A stretch of DNA of 64,000 nucleotides. Source: a virus (taxonomy: Duplodnaviria > Heunggongvirae > Uroviricota > Caudoviricetes). Below the pieces are notes generated by a model. That model had not been told where the DNA came from. It worked only from the letters and a program-made list of their open reading frames with translations, and did not search any database. Both the position numbers and the translations under genes were made by a program. Below are positions 19,688 to 28,892 of this stretch, in pieces. The stretch spans positions 64,866 through 128,865 of IMG/VR virus record IMGVR_UViG_3300027792_000307, one strand, 5' to 3'. Position 1 is the first letter of the stretch, and each line of letters starts with the position of its first letter.

Positions 19688-20680
19688 ATGAAAGAAATCT
19701 TTATTATAGGCGGTGGAGGGTATGTTGGTAGTAGGATGGTACCTTATTTATTGGATAAAGGTTATCATATAACAGTCTACGATTTATTTGTATATGGAAA
19801 TTATCTAAAGAAACATAAAAATCTAAATATAATACAAGGGGATGTTAGGGATATAAAAAAGCTTACAAAAAATATAAATGACTATAAGACCATAATTCAT
19901 ATGGCATGTATCTCTAATGACCCTGGATTTGATTTAAATCCTATTATAAGTAGAACAATCAATTACGATTGTTTTATAAAATTATTAGAAAATTTAAAGA
20001 ATTCTAATAGTCTAGAAAAGTTTATATATGCAAGTTCCTCTAGTTCTTACGGTTCTTTAAATATAAAGCATGTTACAGAAAAAACAAAGCAAAGACCAAT
20101 CACTGACTATGCAAAATACAAAATGTTGTGTGAAATTGCACTTAAAAAGTATAATATACCAAGTGTAATATTTAGACCAGCCACAATATGTGGATATTCA
20201 CCAAGATTAAGATTAGACTTAGTATTGAATATATTAACAACAAATGCCTTAATAAATAAAGAAATAAAGATTTTTAATGGAGAATTATATAGACCAAATG
20301 TACATATTATGGATATGATTAGAGCATATGAATATGTGATTAATTCACCGGAAGATTATATAAATAATCAAGTATTTAATATAGGATTGATAAGTTTGAA
20401 GGTAAAAGATTTATCTAAAATGGTGAAGAATGTATTAGAAGTAGAATATAATGAAAAAATAAATCTAAAGAACATAAAAACAAATGATACTAGGTCCTAC
20501 CATATGGAAAGTAATAAAATAAAGGAATTTGGTTTCGAATTTAAATATACATTAGAAGACGGAATAAGGGAGATAGCGGAAGCTTATTATAAAGGTATGT
20601 TGATTAATCCTTTGGATAATCCAATTTATCATAATATAAAATTATTGAAAAATGAGAGCAGTTTACTTCAAAAACATTAA
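19688..20680 (+). CDS. NAD-dependent nucleotide-sugar epimerase/dehydratase (extended SDR)
   Basis: IGGGGYVG, ACISNDP, YASSSSSYG, YAKYK, RPATICG. Confidence 0.88.
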   Translation: MKEIFIIGGGGYVGSRMVPYLLDKGYHITVYDLFVYGNYLKKHKNLNIIQGDVRDIKKLTKNINDYKTIIHMACISNDPGFDLNPIISRTINYDCFIKLLENLKNSNSLEKFIYASSSSSYGSLNIKHVTEKTKQRPITDYAKYKMLCEIALKKYNIPSVIFRPATICGYSPRLRLDLVLNILTTNALINKEIKIFNGELYRPNVHIMDMIRAYEYVINSPEDYINNQVFNIGLISLKVKDLSKMVKNVLEVEYNEKINLKNIKTNDTRSYHMESNKIKEFGFEFKYTLEDGIREIAEAYYKGMLINPLDNPIYHNIKLLKNESSLLQKH

Positions 20681-21551
20681 GGATGAAAAGAGATTCATAG
20701 GAGTCGGTGAAGTAATATCTATTATTCATTCTTGTTACTTTAGAGCAAAAGAACTAGGATACGAAAAAATATTTATCGAATGGCCTCTAGTTGTATATTT
20801 ATGGGATGATATTGGGAATTATACTTATTGTATATATTGCCCTAAGAATACAATTTTACCTATTGAATTTATGCCAAAAGGAACCAGATTAGCTAAAAAT
20901 GTAGAGATAAAAGGTTTGGATGAATTTAATATGTTGTTTGATGGTTCAGACCCACTAATAATGCATGACCCACCACCAAATTTTCCTCCATTTGAATACC
21001 TAAATAAATATTATATAGAAAACAATATATACCCCATAATAAAAATAGAAAAGGAAAAAGTTGATAAATATGTATTATTTCATTTAAGAAAAACAAAAGT
21101 ATCTAGAGGTATAGATAGAAATAGTAATATAAAGGATTTTCTTTCCATATTAAACTTATTAAAGGATAAATATCCTAATTATAAATATTATAAAATAGGA
21201 GAAGAAACAGAAATCGATGAAAAATTTGATAAATGTTTTTCATATTTTAATGAAGATATAAACGAATTATTTAAATTAGTAAATAATACCAGTTTATTCA
21301 TTGGTTGTTCCTCCGGTCCAATGACATTAGCTTATATGTTAGATATACCAACAATTATTATAGATGAAGGTAGTTACGATTTAACAAAAAATAGTAAATC
21401 CCCTAGATATGAGCCTTTCTGGAAAAAGCAGAATAGAAGGTGGGGAAAAAATGGATATGAATGGCTTAATTATGGAAGAAATATGATAATAAAAAGAGAG
21501 GATAATGTAAATTTGGATGATGTATACGAGTTTTCAGGTAAATTTTTATGA
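20652..21551 (+). CDS. Hypothetical GT9-like glycosyltransferase, paralog 2 of 3
   Basis: VGEV...CYFRAKELGY, YVLFHLR...RN, FIGCSSGPMTLAYMLDIPTI (compare GT9 DSGPMHLAAALGVP). Confidence 0.55.
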   Translation: MRAVYFKNIKDEKRFIGVGEVISIIHSCYFRAKELGYEKIFIEWPLVVYLWDDIGNYTYCIYCPKNTILPIEFMPKGTRLAKNVEIKGLDEFNMLFDGSDPLIMHDPPPNFPPFEYLNKYYIENNIYPIIKIEKEKVDKYVLFHLRKTKVSRGIDRNSNIKDFLSILNLLKDKYPNYKYYKIGEETEIDEKFDKCFSYFNEDINELFKLVNNTSLFIGCSSGPMTLAYMLDIPTIIIDEGSYDLTKNSKSPRYEPFWKKQNRRWGKNGYEWLNYGRNMIIKREDNVNLDDVYEFSGKFL

Positions 21552-22309
21552 ACGAATTTTATATATTTGGTGGTGGACCTTCAGTTAATGAAGTTACAGA
21601 AGAGCAGTGGGAGAAAGTAAAAATTTCAAATAGTATTGGTTTTGCTTTCTTTTCTTTAAAAAATAGAAAGACAAAGTATTATTATCTTGGGGAATATACA
21701 AATGACGATTTAATAGCTCTAAATCAAATGAAAAAGAATAATTACGAAGATACATACATATTTTCTTATAATATGGAAGTTTTAAAAAGAGCTAGAGAAT
21801 TGGGATTCAATAATCTAAGACAAACAATTAAGGGTAGAGCTGTCTGTACATTCAATAATGAACCTTGGTTATCTAAAGATAACAAACCTCCTTACCCAAT
21901 TTTAGATAATATGGCGTTATCTTTTAGACAACCACTAATGAGATTTAGAGGACAACTCTGTAGTGTTATAAATATAGCTTTAATTCTTAAAGCGGATAAG
22001 ATAAAATTAACTGGAATAGATTTAAATAATCAATATCATTTTTTTGATATATACAAGGATTATAATGATATTATGATTAAAAATATGGAAGCGGAGAATA
22101 GTAAAAGGGACCAATATATAAATTGGGATAGAAATAAAATACATTCCACAGCCTGCGAATTAAAACACGAAACTGGAAGTATAGCTACGGTACCTATGTT
22201 CTTAAAAGAACTAAAGAACGAATTACAGGATATTGGAAAAGATGTTGTTGTATGTAGTAAGAATAGTAAATTATATAAAGAGGGGATTCTAGAATATGAA
22301 GAAATCTGA
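21548..22309 (+). CDS. Maf/DUF115- or CstII(GT42)-like putative nonulosonate transferase
   Basis: YIFGGGPSV at the N-terminus and IKLTGIDL later, the two motifs of this fold; two genes upstream of neuB-neuA. Confidence 0.55.
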   Translation: MNEFYIFGGGPSVNEVTEEQWEKVKISNSIGFAFFSLKNRKTKYYYLGEYTNDDLIALNQMKKNNYEDTYIFSYNMEVLKRARELGFNNLRQTIKGRAVCTFNNEPWLSKDNKPPYPILDNMALSFRQPLMRFRGQLCSVINIALILKADKIKLTGIDLNNQYHFFDIYKDYNDIMIKNMEAENSKRDQYINWDRNKIHSTACELKHETGSIATVPMFLKELKNELQDIGKDVVVCSKNSKLYKEGILEYEEI

Positions 22310-22826
22310 TTGCTTTTTTTGTAATGATATTGGAGAAGAAAGAATAATAATGGAAGGAAATGATTGGATAGCATTTATTCCATTAGATCCAGAGATATTT
22401 GGTCATTGTATAGTAACCACTAAACATCATTATGAAGATATAACAGAAATAGATGGAAAGGAAGCTCTAGATAAAATGTCCATGGGAGTAAAGGTAATGG
22501 CAGATAAGATTAAAAGTTTAGATGATAATAGAATAAAAAAAGTATATTTTGCAGTTCTAGGAGAGACAGAAAGAACTCATATGCATTATCATCTATTTCC
22601 TAGATATGAAGGAAAAGAAGAACTAATACAATTAACTAGTGAAGATATAAAGTGGAGAAACTTTTATAATAATTCTACTAAGGATTTTGAGTTTTCCACA
22701 GGATTCCAATATTTAGGAGAAATAGAAAAAAATTACGAGAATATGAAAGAAAGTATAGGAAGGGGGCCTTCTTTAGAGCTATTAAAAGAGATGGTAAATA
22801 TAATTAGAGGAGATAAAAATGACTAA
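22296..22826 (+). CDS. HIT-family nucleotide hydrolase/transferase
   Basis: DCFFC, FGHCIV, HMHYHLFP histidine triad. Confidence 0.85.
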   Translation: MKKSDCFFCNDIGEERIIMEGNDWIAFIPLDPEIFGHCIVTTKHHYEDITEIDGKEALDKMSMGVKVMADKIKSLDDNRIKKVYFAVLGETERTHMHYHLFPRYEGKEELIQLTSEDIKWRNFYNNSTKDFEFSTGFQYLGEIEKNYENMKESIGRGPSLELLKEMVNIIRGDKND

Positions 22827-23664
22827 AACTTATATTATAGCTGAAATAGGTATAAATCATAATGGAGAGGTTGGTTTAGCTAAGCAATTAATTAATATAG
22901 CAAAAGAATGTGGTTGCGATGCAGTAAAATTCCAAAAAAGAAATGTGGAGGAAGCTATACCAAAAGAAATGTGGGAAAAGAAGAAAAAAACCCCATATGG
23001 AATAGTAAACTATATAGACTATAAAAAAGGTATAGAATTAACTAAGGATGATTATATTGAAATAGATAAATATTGTAGAAAGGAAGATATAGATTTAATA
23101 TCTTCAGCTTGGGATATGGATAGTTTAAGATTTATAAATACACTTAATATAAAATATAACAAATTAGCATCCAAGATGTCATTGGATTTAAAGTTTGTTA
23201 GTGAAGTAGCAAAATATAAAAAGAAAACTCTTATATCAACTGGTATGTGCACATTAGAAGATATAGAAAAAGTTGTTGATATATTTAAAGAAGAAAAATG
23301 TGAGTTTGTATTAATGCATTGTGTTAGTGTATACCCATGCCCAGATAATTTATTAAATCTGAATGCTATAGATACTCTGAAGCAAAAATTTAATTTAAAG
23401 GAAGTTGGTTATTCTGGTCACTCTCAGGATATATTTGATGGTATTATATCTGTAATGTGTGGGGCTTCTTATATAGAAAAACACATAACAATAGATAAAA
23501 CTTTATTTGGTTCAGACCAAAAATCTTCAATTGATAAGAAAGAACTAAAAGATTTAGTTAAACATATTAGAGCATTAGATGTAATTCTTGGGGATGGAGA
23601 TAAAACAAAACTTAGTGAAGAGGAATTAAGTATAAAGGAGCAATTATATGGAAGAAACTTATAA
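22819..23664 (+). CDS. neuB: Nonulosonic-acid synthase, short form without C-terminal SAF/antifreeze domain
   Basis: YIIAEIGINHNG, DAVKFQKR, MHCVSVYP, GYSGH, IEKHITI, GSDQ. Confidence 0.9.
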   Translation: MTKTYIIAEIGINHNGEVGLAKQLINIAKECGCDAVKFQKRNVEEAIPKEMWEKKKKTPYGIVNYIDYKKGIELTKDDYIEIDKYCRKEDIDLISSAWDMDSLRFINTLNIKYNKLASKMSLDLKFVSEVAKYKKKTLISTGMCTLEDIEKVVDIFKEEKCEFVLMHCVSVYPCPDNLLNLNAIDTLKQKFNLKEVGYSGHSQDIFDGIISVMCGASYIEKHITIDKTLFGSDQKSSIDKKELKDLVKHIRALDVILGDGDKTKLSEEELSIKEQLYGRNL

Positions 23665-24292
23665 ATATATTGGATTAATACCTGCTAGAAAAGGAAGCAA
23701 AAGAGTTATTAATAAAAATATGAGAAATTTAAATGGATACCCTCTCATATATTGGACAATAAAATCAGCAAAAGAATCAAAATTATTGGACGATGTTTAT
23801 GTATCTACGGATAGTCCACAGATAGAAGAATACGCAAGGAGTTTGGGAGTAAAGGTTTTAATAAGAGGAGAAGATTTATCAAATGATACAATTAGCTTAC
23901 TTCCTGTAATGGAACACGCCCTAAAAATTACAAAGGCAGATAATGTTGTTCTTCTAAGGCCAACATCTCCAATTAGGTCAAAAAAACTAATAGATGATTG
24001 TATTCTATCGCATAAGAATTTAAAAGCTGATTCTCTTGCAACTGGGTTTATAAATAAAGAATTAGAGTGGCCTTATAAAAACAAACTTATAGATAATCCA
24101 AGTCATTCTGTTAAGGGGTGGTTCCAAAATAATGGATCAGTAGAAATACATAAAAATACTATTATATTTAATAAGAAGTTAGGTAAGAAGAATTTAAAAT
24201 ATCTTGATGATAATAGATTAGAGGTTGATACAGAATTGGACCTCAAGATATTAGATATAATAATGAAGGAGAATAACTATGGAAGAGATTGA
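23648..24292 (+). CDS. neuA: CMP-nonulosonate synthetase (acylneuraminate cytidylyltransferase)
   Basis: LIPARKGSKRVINKN, VYVSTDS, LRPTSPIR, LEVDTELD. Confidence 0.88.
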   Translation: MEETYKYIGLIPARKGSKRVINKNMRNLNGYPLIYWTIKSAKESKLLDDVYVSTDSPQIEEYARSLGVKVLIRGEDLSNDTISLLPVMEHALKITKADNVVLLRPTSPIRSKKLIDDCILSHKNLKADSLATGFINKELEWPYKNKLIDNPSHSVKGWFQNNGSVEIHKNTIIFNKKLGKKNLKYLDDNRLEVDTELDLKILDIIMKENNYGRD

Positions 24293-25199
24293 ATGTTGGA
24301 AAAATGGGGAATGGGTATCTGCATCAAAGTTATCAATAGAAACTTGGGATGCTCATTATTTCTTTGGTTGGGCAGTTTTTGATGCATTTAGAACATATAA
24401 ACATAAATTGTTTCAAATACAAGAACACTTAGATAGATTATATAAGGGAGCAAAATTAGCCAGCGTACCAATAAAATATACAAAAGAAGAATTATTAGAT
24501 ATTATAAATCAAGTTATGGAAAGAAATAAAAGATTCTTTATAGATGACGAGTATCGATTTATGGTATTTGCAACACCGGGAAATTTTAAGATATTCGATG
24601 ATTATGGAAAACCAGAACCTAAATTATCCATACAATTAACAACTACATCTAGATATGCTAAATTTATTTATCCTTATTTAGAAAAGGGATATACTTCTCT
24701 AATAACTCATCAAAAACAAATACCGAGTAGATTCTTTGATGTTAGAATTAAATCTTGTTCTCGCTTACATTATGGAATGGCTGACGCAGAATGCAAAGAA
24801 TATGGAAGTGGTGTATATCCTATATTATTAGATGAATTTGATAATATATGTGAGAGTTCTGGTTCAAATATAGCTTTTATGAAGGACGAGGAAGTATTTA
24901 TACCAAAAGGAACAGATATGCTTAATGGATGCACATTAAAATCTTTGAAAAAATCTCTAAAATATATGGATATTCCATTTCAAGAGGGAATATATAAACC
25001 TTACGATATTATTGATTGTGATGGAATTTTATATACTAGCACATATTCTGGTATAACACCATCTTATAAATTAATATATAAGGAACAAGAATATGAATTG
25101 AACAAAACTGGTTTATATGAAGAAATATTGAAAGGGTTTAGTCATATTGTTGGATTAGATGTTAAGAAACAATGGAAAAGATGGTATGATGAGAAATAA
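24279..25199 (+). CDS. PLP fold-type IV aminotransferase (BCAT/DAAT/ADC-lyase-like)
   Basis: NGEWV, FGWAVFDAFR, EHLDRLYKGA, RIKS (catalytic Lys), ESSGSNI, LNGCT. Confidence 0.8.
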   Translation: MEEIECWKNGEWVSASKLSIETWDAHYFFGWAVFDAFRTYKHKLFQIQEHLDRLYKGAKLASVPIKYTKEELLDIINQVMERNKRFFIDDEYRFMVFATPGNFKIFDDYGKPEPKLSIQLTTTSRYAKFIYPYLEKGYTSLITHQKQIPSRFFDVRIKSCSRLHYGMADAECKEYGSGVYPILLDEFDNICESSGSNIAFMKDEEVFIPKGTDMLNGCTLKSLKKSLKYMDIPFQEGIYKPYDIIDCDGILYTSTYSGITPSYKLIYKEQEYELNKTGLYEEILKGFSHIVGLDVKKQWKRWYDEK

Positions 25200-25995
25200 A
25201 TGTTTTAATGGACTTTCTACAGTTAATATAGAACTAACATCCAGATGCAATAAATCTTGCTGGATGTGTGGAAGAAGGAAGATTGATAGAGATTACCCAG
25301 AGATTAAAACTAACTATGGAGATATGGACTTTTCATTGTTAAAAAAAATAGAAAAACAACTCCCAAAAGATATTGTAATTCAATTCCATAATAACGGAGA
25401 ACCATTACTATATCCAAAACTAAAAGAAGTCTTACAATTATTTGAAGGAAGGATAAGGCAGTTTGATACTAATGGAAAATTAGTATTAGAAAAATTTAAT
25501 GATATAGTGAATAATCTAGAGATATTGACTATATCTGTAATAGAGAATGACCCTGAAGGGGATGAACAATATAAATTAGTTAAAGAATTTACTAAACTTA
25601 AGGGTTCAAGAAAACCAAATATGGTATATAGACTTCTAGGTGACGTAAAGGAATCTGAAAGATGGTATGATTTGCCTGGCATTATAGTGAAAAGAGTATT
25701 ACATAATCCTTTGGGTAGTTTTAATTACAAGAGAGATCCAACAAGGCCAGAGATAGGAATATGCTTAGATTTATTACATCATATGGTTATAGATAGACTT
25801 GGAAATGTATATCCGTGTGTTAGATTTGATCCATTAATGGAAGGAATAATAGGTAACGCCAACAAAGAAAAAATAATAGATATTTGGAACTGCGAAAAAA
25901 GAAAAACTATAATAAAGAAGCATTTAGAGAGTAAAAGGGATGAATGTATAATGTGTAAGAAATGCGATTATTGGGGAGTTCCAACTGGAATATGA
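25159..25995 (+). CDS. Radical SAM/SPASM protein (fourth, more distant); start probably 25186
   Basis: ELTSRCNKSCWMC, NGEPLLYP, C...IDRLGNVYPC...IGN...CIMCKKC. Confidence 0.88.
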   Translation: MLRNNGKDGMMRNKCFNGLSTVNIELTSRCNKSCWMCGRRKIDRDYPEIKTNYGDMDFSLLKKIEKQLPKDIVIQFHNNGEPLLYPKLKEVLQLFEGRIRQFDTNGKLVLEKFNDIVNNLEILTISVIENDPEGDEQYKLVKEFTKLKGSRKPNMVYRLLGDVKESERWYDLPGIIVKRVLHNPLGSFNYKRDPTRPEIGICLDLLHHMVIDRLGNVYPCVRFDPLMEGIIGNANKEKIIDIWNCEKRKTIIKKHLESKRDECIMCKKCDYWGVPTGI

Positions 25996-26903
25996 TATTA
26001 ATAACAGGTGCCGCAGGCTTCTTGGGAAGAAATTTACTTGAAAGACTATATAATGAACAAAATATAGTTATTATAGACAAGAATAAAGCAAAAATGAAGG
26101 AAATACCTCATAAAAACAAAATAATTGACGATATAAATAATATATCCTTATATATAAAAGAATTAAGAGATATTGATACTATATATCATCTGGCAGCAAT
26201 TCCAGATATGAGAAAGAGTCTTATAGATACTAGGATAGATTTAGATAATAATATAATAGGAACATATAATATTTTAGAATTAATGAGAAAAAGTGATATA
26301 AAAAATCTAATATTTACATCTTCGACAGCTGTTTATGGGGAATCTTCAATCATTCCTACACCCGAAAATGTTATTGATACAAGACAAATTTCTTTATATG
26401 GAGCATCTAAATTATCAAATGAATCCTATATTCAAACTTATTGTTATTTATATGGAATTAAATCGTGGATATTTAGACTTTCCAATGTAATTGGTAAATA
26501 TCAACATCGAGGTTTAATTGTTGATATATATAATAAACTAAAGATTGACAATAAAAAACTAGAAATTTTAGGTAATGGAAGTCAATTAAAATCTTATTTT
26601 AGTGTAGAAGACTTTTTAAATGGAATAACTAAAATACCTAAAATAGATGGGAACAAACGGGTTGAAATATATAATCTTGGTAATAATCATGCAACAACTG
26701 TAAATAATATGGTAGGATATATATGTGATTATATGAATGTTAGACCAGAATACAAGTTTATTGGTGGAGAAGTTGGATGGTCCGGTGATACGAAATGCAC
26801 ATTTGCTTCTATAGACAGGGCGAAATCTGTAGGTTGGAAACCTAAATATAGTACAAAAGAAGCTGTTAATATAACTTTAGACTATTTATCTGGTAGTATA
26901 TGA
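25992..26903 (+). CDS. NAD-dependent epimerase (UDP-glucose 4-epimerase-like SDR); track start 25962
   Basis: ITGAAGFLG, HLAAIPD, FTSSTAVYG, LYGASK. ATGA overlap at 25992-25995. Confidence 0.9.
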   Translation: MILITGAAGFLGRNLLERLYNEQNIVIIDKNKAKMKEIPHKNKIIDDINNISLYIKELRDIDTIYHLAAIPDMRKSLIDTRIDLDNNIIGTYNILELMRKSDIKNLIFTSSTAVYGESSIIPTPENVIDTRQISLYGASKLSNESYIQTYCYLYGIKSWIFRLSNVIGKYQHRGLIVDIYNKLKIDNKKLEILGNGSQLKSYFSVEDFLNGITKIPKIDGNKRVEIYNLGNNHATTVNNMVGYICDYMNVRPEYKFIGGEVGWSGDTKCTFASIDRAKSVGWKPKYSTKEAVNITLDYLSGSI

Positions 26904-27793
26904 AGATATTATTTTATTCATCACAAGAAAATCAACGATTTCTAGCTTTCGGTGATATAGTTACATTAATACAATCTTGTTATTTTAAAGGAAGAGAATT
27001 GGGTTATAATGAGGTATATCTTCAATGGTTCGAAAAAAACTCCTTTTCTTGGAATGATGACGGAACAAATAAGGGAAATTTAAATATACCTGGGGAATTA
27101 ATATTACCAATAAAATTGATAGATGATATTAATATAGATTGTGATTTAAAGATAGATTTGAGTAAACCAAATATACTCTTTTATGGGAGCCCACCAATAA
27201 TACATAAAGATATCAAACCCACACAAATATGTCTATCTTATTTAAATAAGTATTACGTTGATAGAAAGGAACGACCTGTATTTAATATCCAAAAAACAGG
27301 AAAGTTTGGGGATTATATCTTAATACATTTCAGGTATTCTTCTAATGAAAGACAATTAAATAGAAACTTAGATATTAGTTATTATAAAAATTTAGTTATG
27401 AAAATTAGGGAATTATACCCGTCAATTAAGATATGGAAATTTGGGGAAAGAAGCCCTATAGATAATTTATTTGATAGAAAATTTCAATATTTTTATGAGA
27501 ATTTAGATAATCTATTTGAATTAACAAATGAATCCAAAATATATATATCGTCCGAATGTGGTGCTCTGCAATTAGGACATATGTTTAACATTCCTATGAT
27601 AACATTACTATCATCAAAGCATAAATTACAGGGGACTACAAAAGAAGGATGGGATAATTGGAGATTAGCCTTGCCTTGGATTATTGGAGAAACAGATAGA
27701 GATTATTCTTATACAGATAAACAATTATTATTAATGGAAAATAATTACGATGAATTTGATTTAATACAACCATTTATGGAGAAACATATATGA
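26900..27793 (+). CDS. Hypothetical GT9-like glycosyltransferase, paralog 3 of 3
   Basis: FGDI...CYFKGRELGY, YILIHFR...RN, YISSECGALQLGHMFNIPMI. Confidence 0.5.
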   Translation: MKILFYSSQENQRFLAFGDIVTLIQSCYFKGRELGYNEVYLQWFEKNSFSWNDDGTNKGNLNIPGELILPIKLIDDINIDCDLKIDLSKPNILFYGSPPIIHKDIKPTQICLSYLNKYYVDRKERPVFNIQKTGKFGDYILIHFRYSSNERQLNRNLDISYYKNLVMKIRELYPSIKIWKFGERSPIDNLFDRKFQYFYENLDNLFELTNESKIYISSECGALQLGHMFNIPMITLLSSKHKLQGTTKEGWDNWRLALPWIIGETDRDYSYTDKQLLLMENNYDEFDLIQPFMEKHI

Positions 27794-27909
27794 TAAGATT
27801 TTATTGTGAAGACTGTAAAATATATTATAGGAACGACTCAGAAGGCCTAATAGAATGTCCTATATGTAAAGGAAGAAATATAAAAATTCAGAAGCTAGGT
27901 ATAAAATGA
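27790..27909 (+). CDS. 39-aa zinc-ribbon protein (not in ORF track)
   Basis: MIRFYCEDCKIYYRNDSEGLIECPICKGRNIKIQKLGIK; CxxC-x13-CPxC; ATGA overlaps on both sides. Confidence 0.75.
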   Translation: MIRFYCEDCKIYYRNDSEGLIECPICKGRNIKIQKLGIK

Positions 27910-28892
27910 AAATAAGTGTAATATTACCAACATATAGAAAAAATAATAGACAAGAATTGGATAATCTAAATAAAATTTATTGTGAATCTAAATCGAGCCA
28001 TACAGATTTACCAATGGAATTTAGAAATCTTGCGGTAGATGATTTGCACGATGTAGACCATATATTATCCCCAACATTAAGTTCATTATCATACCAAAAA
28101 TTTACTGATTTTGAACTTATCCTATGTCATAAACATCCAGAAGATATCAAAGATTTAGTTAAAGATTTTAGTGATTTTATTGATATCAAAATAGTAAAAG
28201 AGAAACTCTCAATATGGCACTCTTTGGGGGATTATGCTACAGTTAATAATAATAGAAATACAGGTATAATTTATTCTAGAGGCGAGCTTCTATTTTTCCT
28301 TGACGATATGACTATATTCAATAAGAATCTTTTACAAACTATATGGAATAACTATATGGAGGGTTTTTATACAACATGTAAAGTAGTTAAAAGGATTAAA
28401 CTACAAGATAATAAGATAGTTGGTAATAGCAAAATGAAGAATATTTCTGAAGGAGATGTAATACCTAATACTATGACGTGGTCTTATGGTATGTCCGTAT
28501 CATCAAAGGAGTGTTTTAAGATAAATGGATTCGATGAAATATGGGATGGTTCTTTTGGTGGAACAGATATGGACTTTGGTAGAAGATTGAACAGAATTAC
28601 TAAATATAAAAGGAAGGCTGGCCCAATAATATACGAATTTGCTCATTATACAGAGCAGGATAAGAGAAAGAAGATTAGAGATGACGAGGCAATCAGACAA
28701 TTATGTAAACAGTCACCAATACCACAAATAGTTAGAGCTAACTCATGGAAACCAACAGAAGAAGAACAACGAGAATATGTAAATTGGCATTTAAAGAATA
28801 TTGGTGAATTGGATCTTAATTGGAATCAATTTACAAATGTACCATTTATAAATCTTAAGGAATTAAATGATAACGAGAGAAGAAGTAATTAA
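27906..28892 (+). CDS. GT2 glycosyltransferase
   Basis: ISVILPTY, LFFLDD, INGFDE, GGTDMDFG. Confidence 0.82.
   Translation: MKISVILPTYRKNNRQELDNLNKIYCESKSSHTDLPMEFRNLAVDDLHDVDHILSPTLSSLSYQKFTDFELILCHKHPEDIKDLVKDFSDFIDIKIVKEKLSIWHSLGDYATVNNNRNTGIIYSRGELLFFLDDMTIFNKNLLQTIWNNYMEGFYTTCKVVKRIKLQDNKIVGNSKMKNISEGDVIPNTMTWSYGMSVSSKECFKINGFDEIWDGSFGGTDMDFGRRLNRITKYKRKAGPIIYEFAHYTEQDKRKKIRDDEAIRQLCKQSPIPQIVRANSWKPTEEEQREYVNWHLKNIGELDLNWNQFTNVPFINLKELNDNERRSN

Noticed and set aside
3216-23252. Short - strand ORFs in the left half (e.g. 3216, 5373, 6143, 6999, 8796, 11599, 13063, 17294, 18040, 18451, 22060, 23052) and the + strand alternative-frame ORF 10274
   Set aside because: They lie wholly or largely within motif-supported genes and have no recognisable motifs; these are shadow ORFs. 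The same applies to 25380 and 28503.
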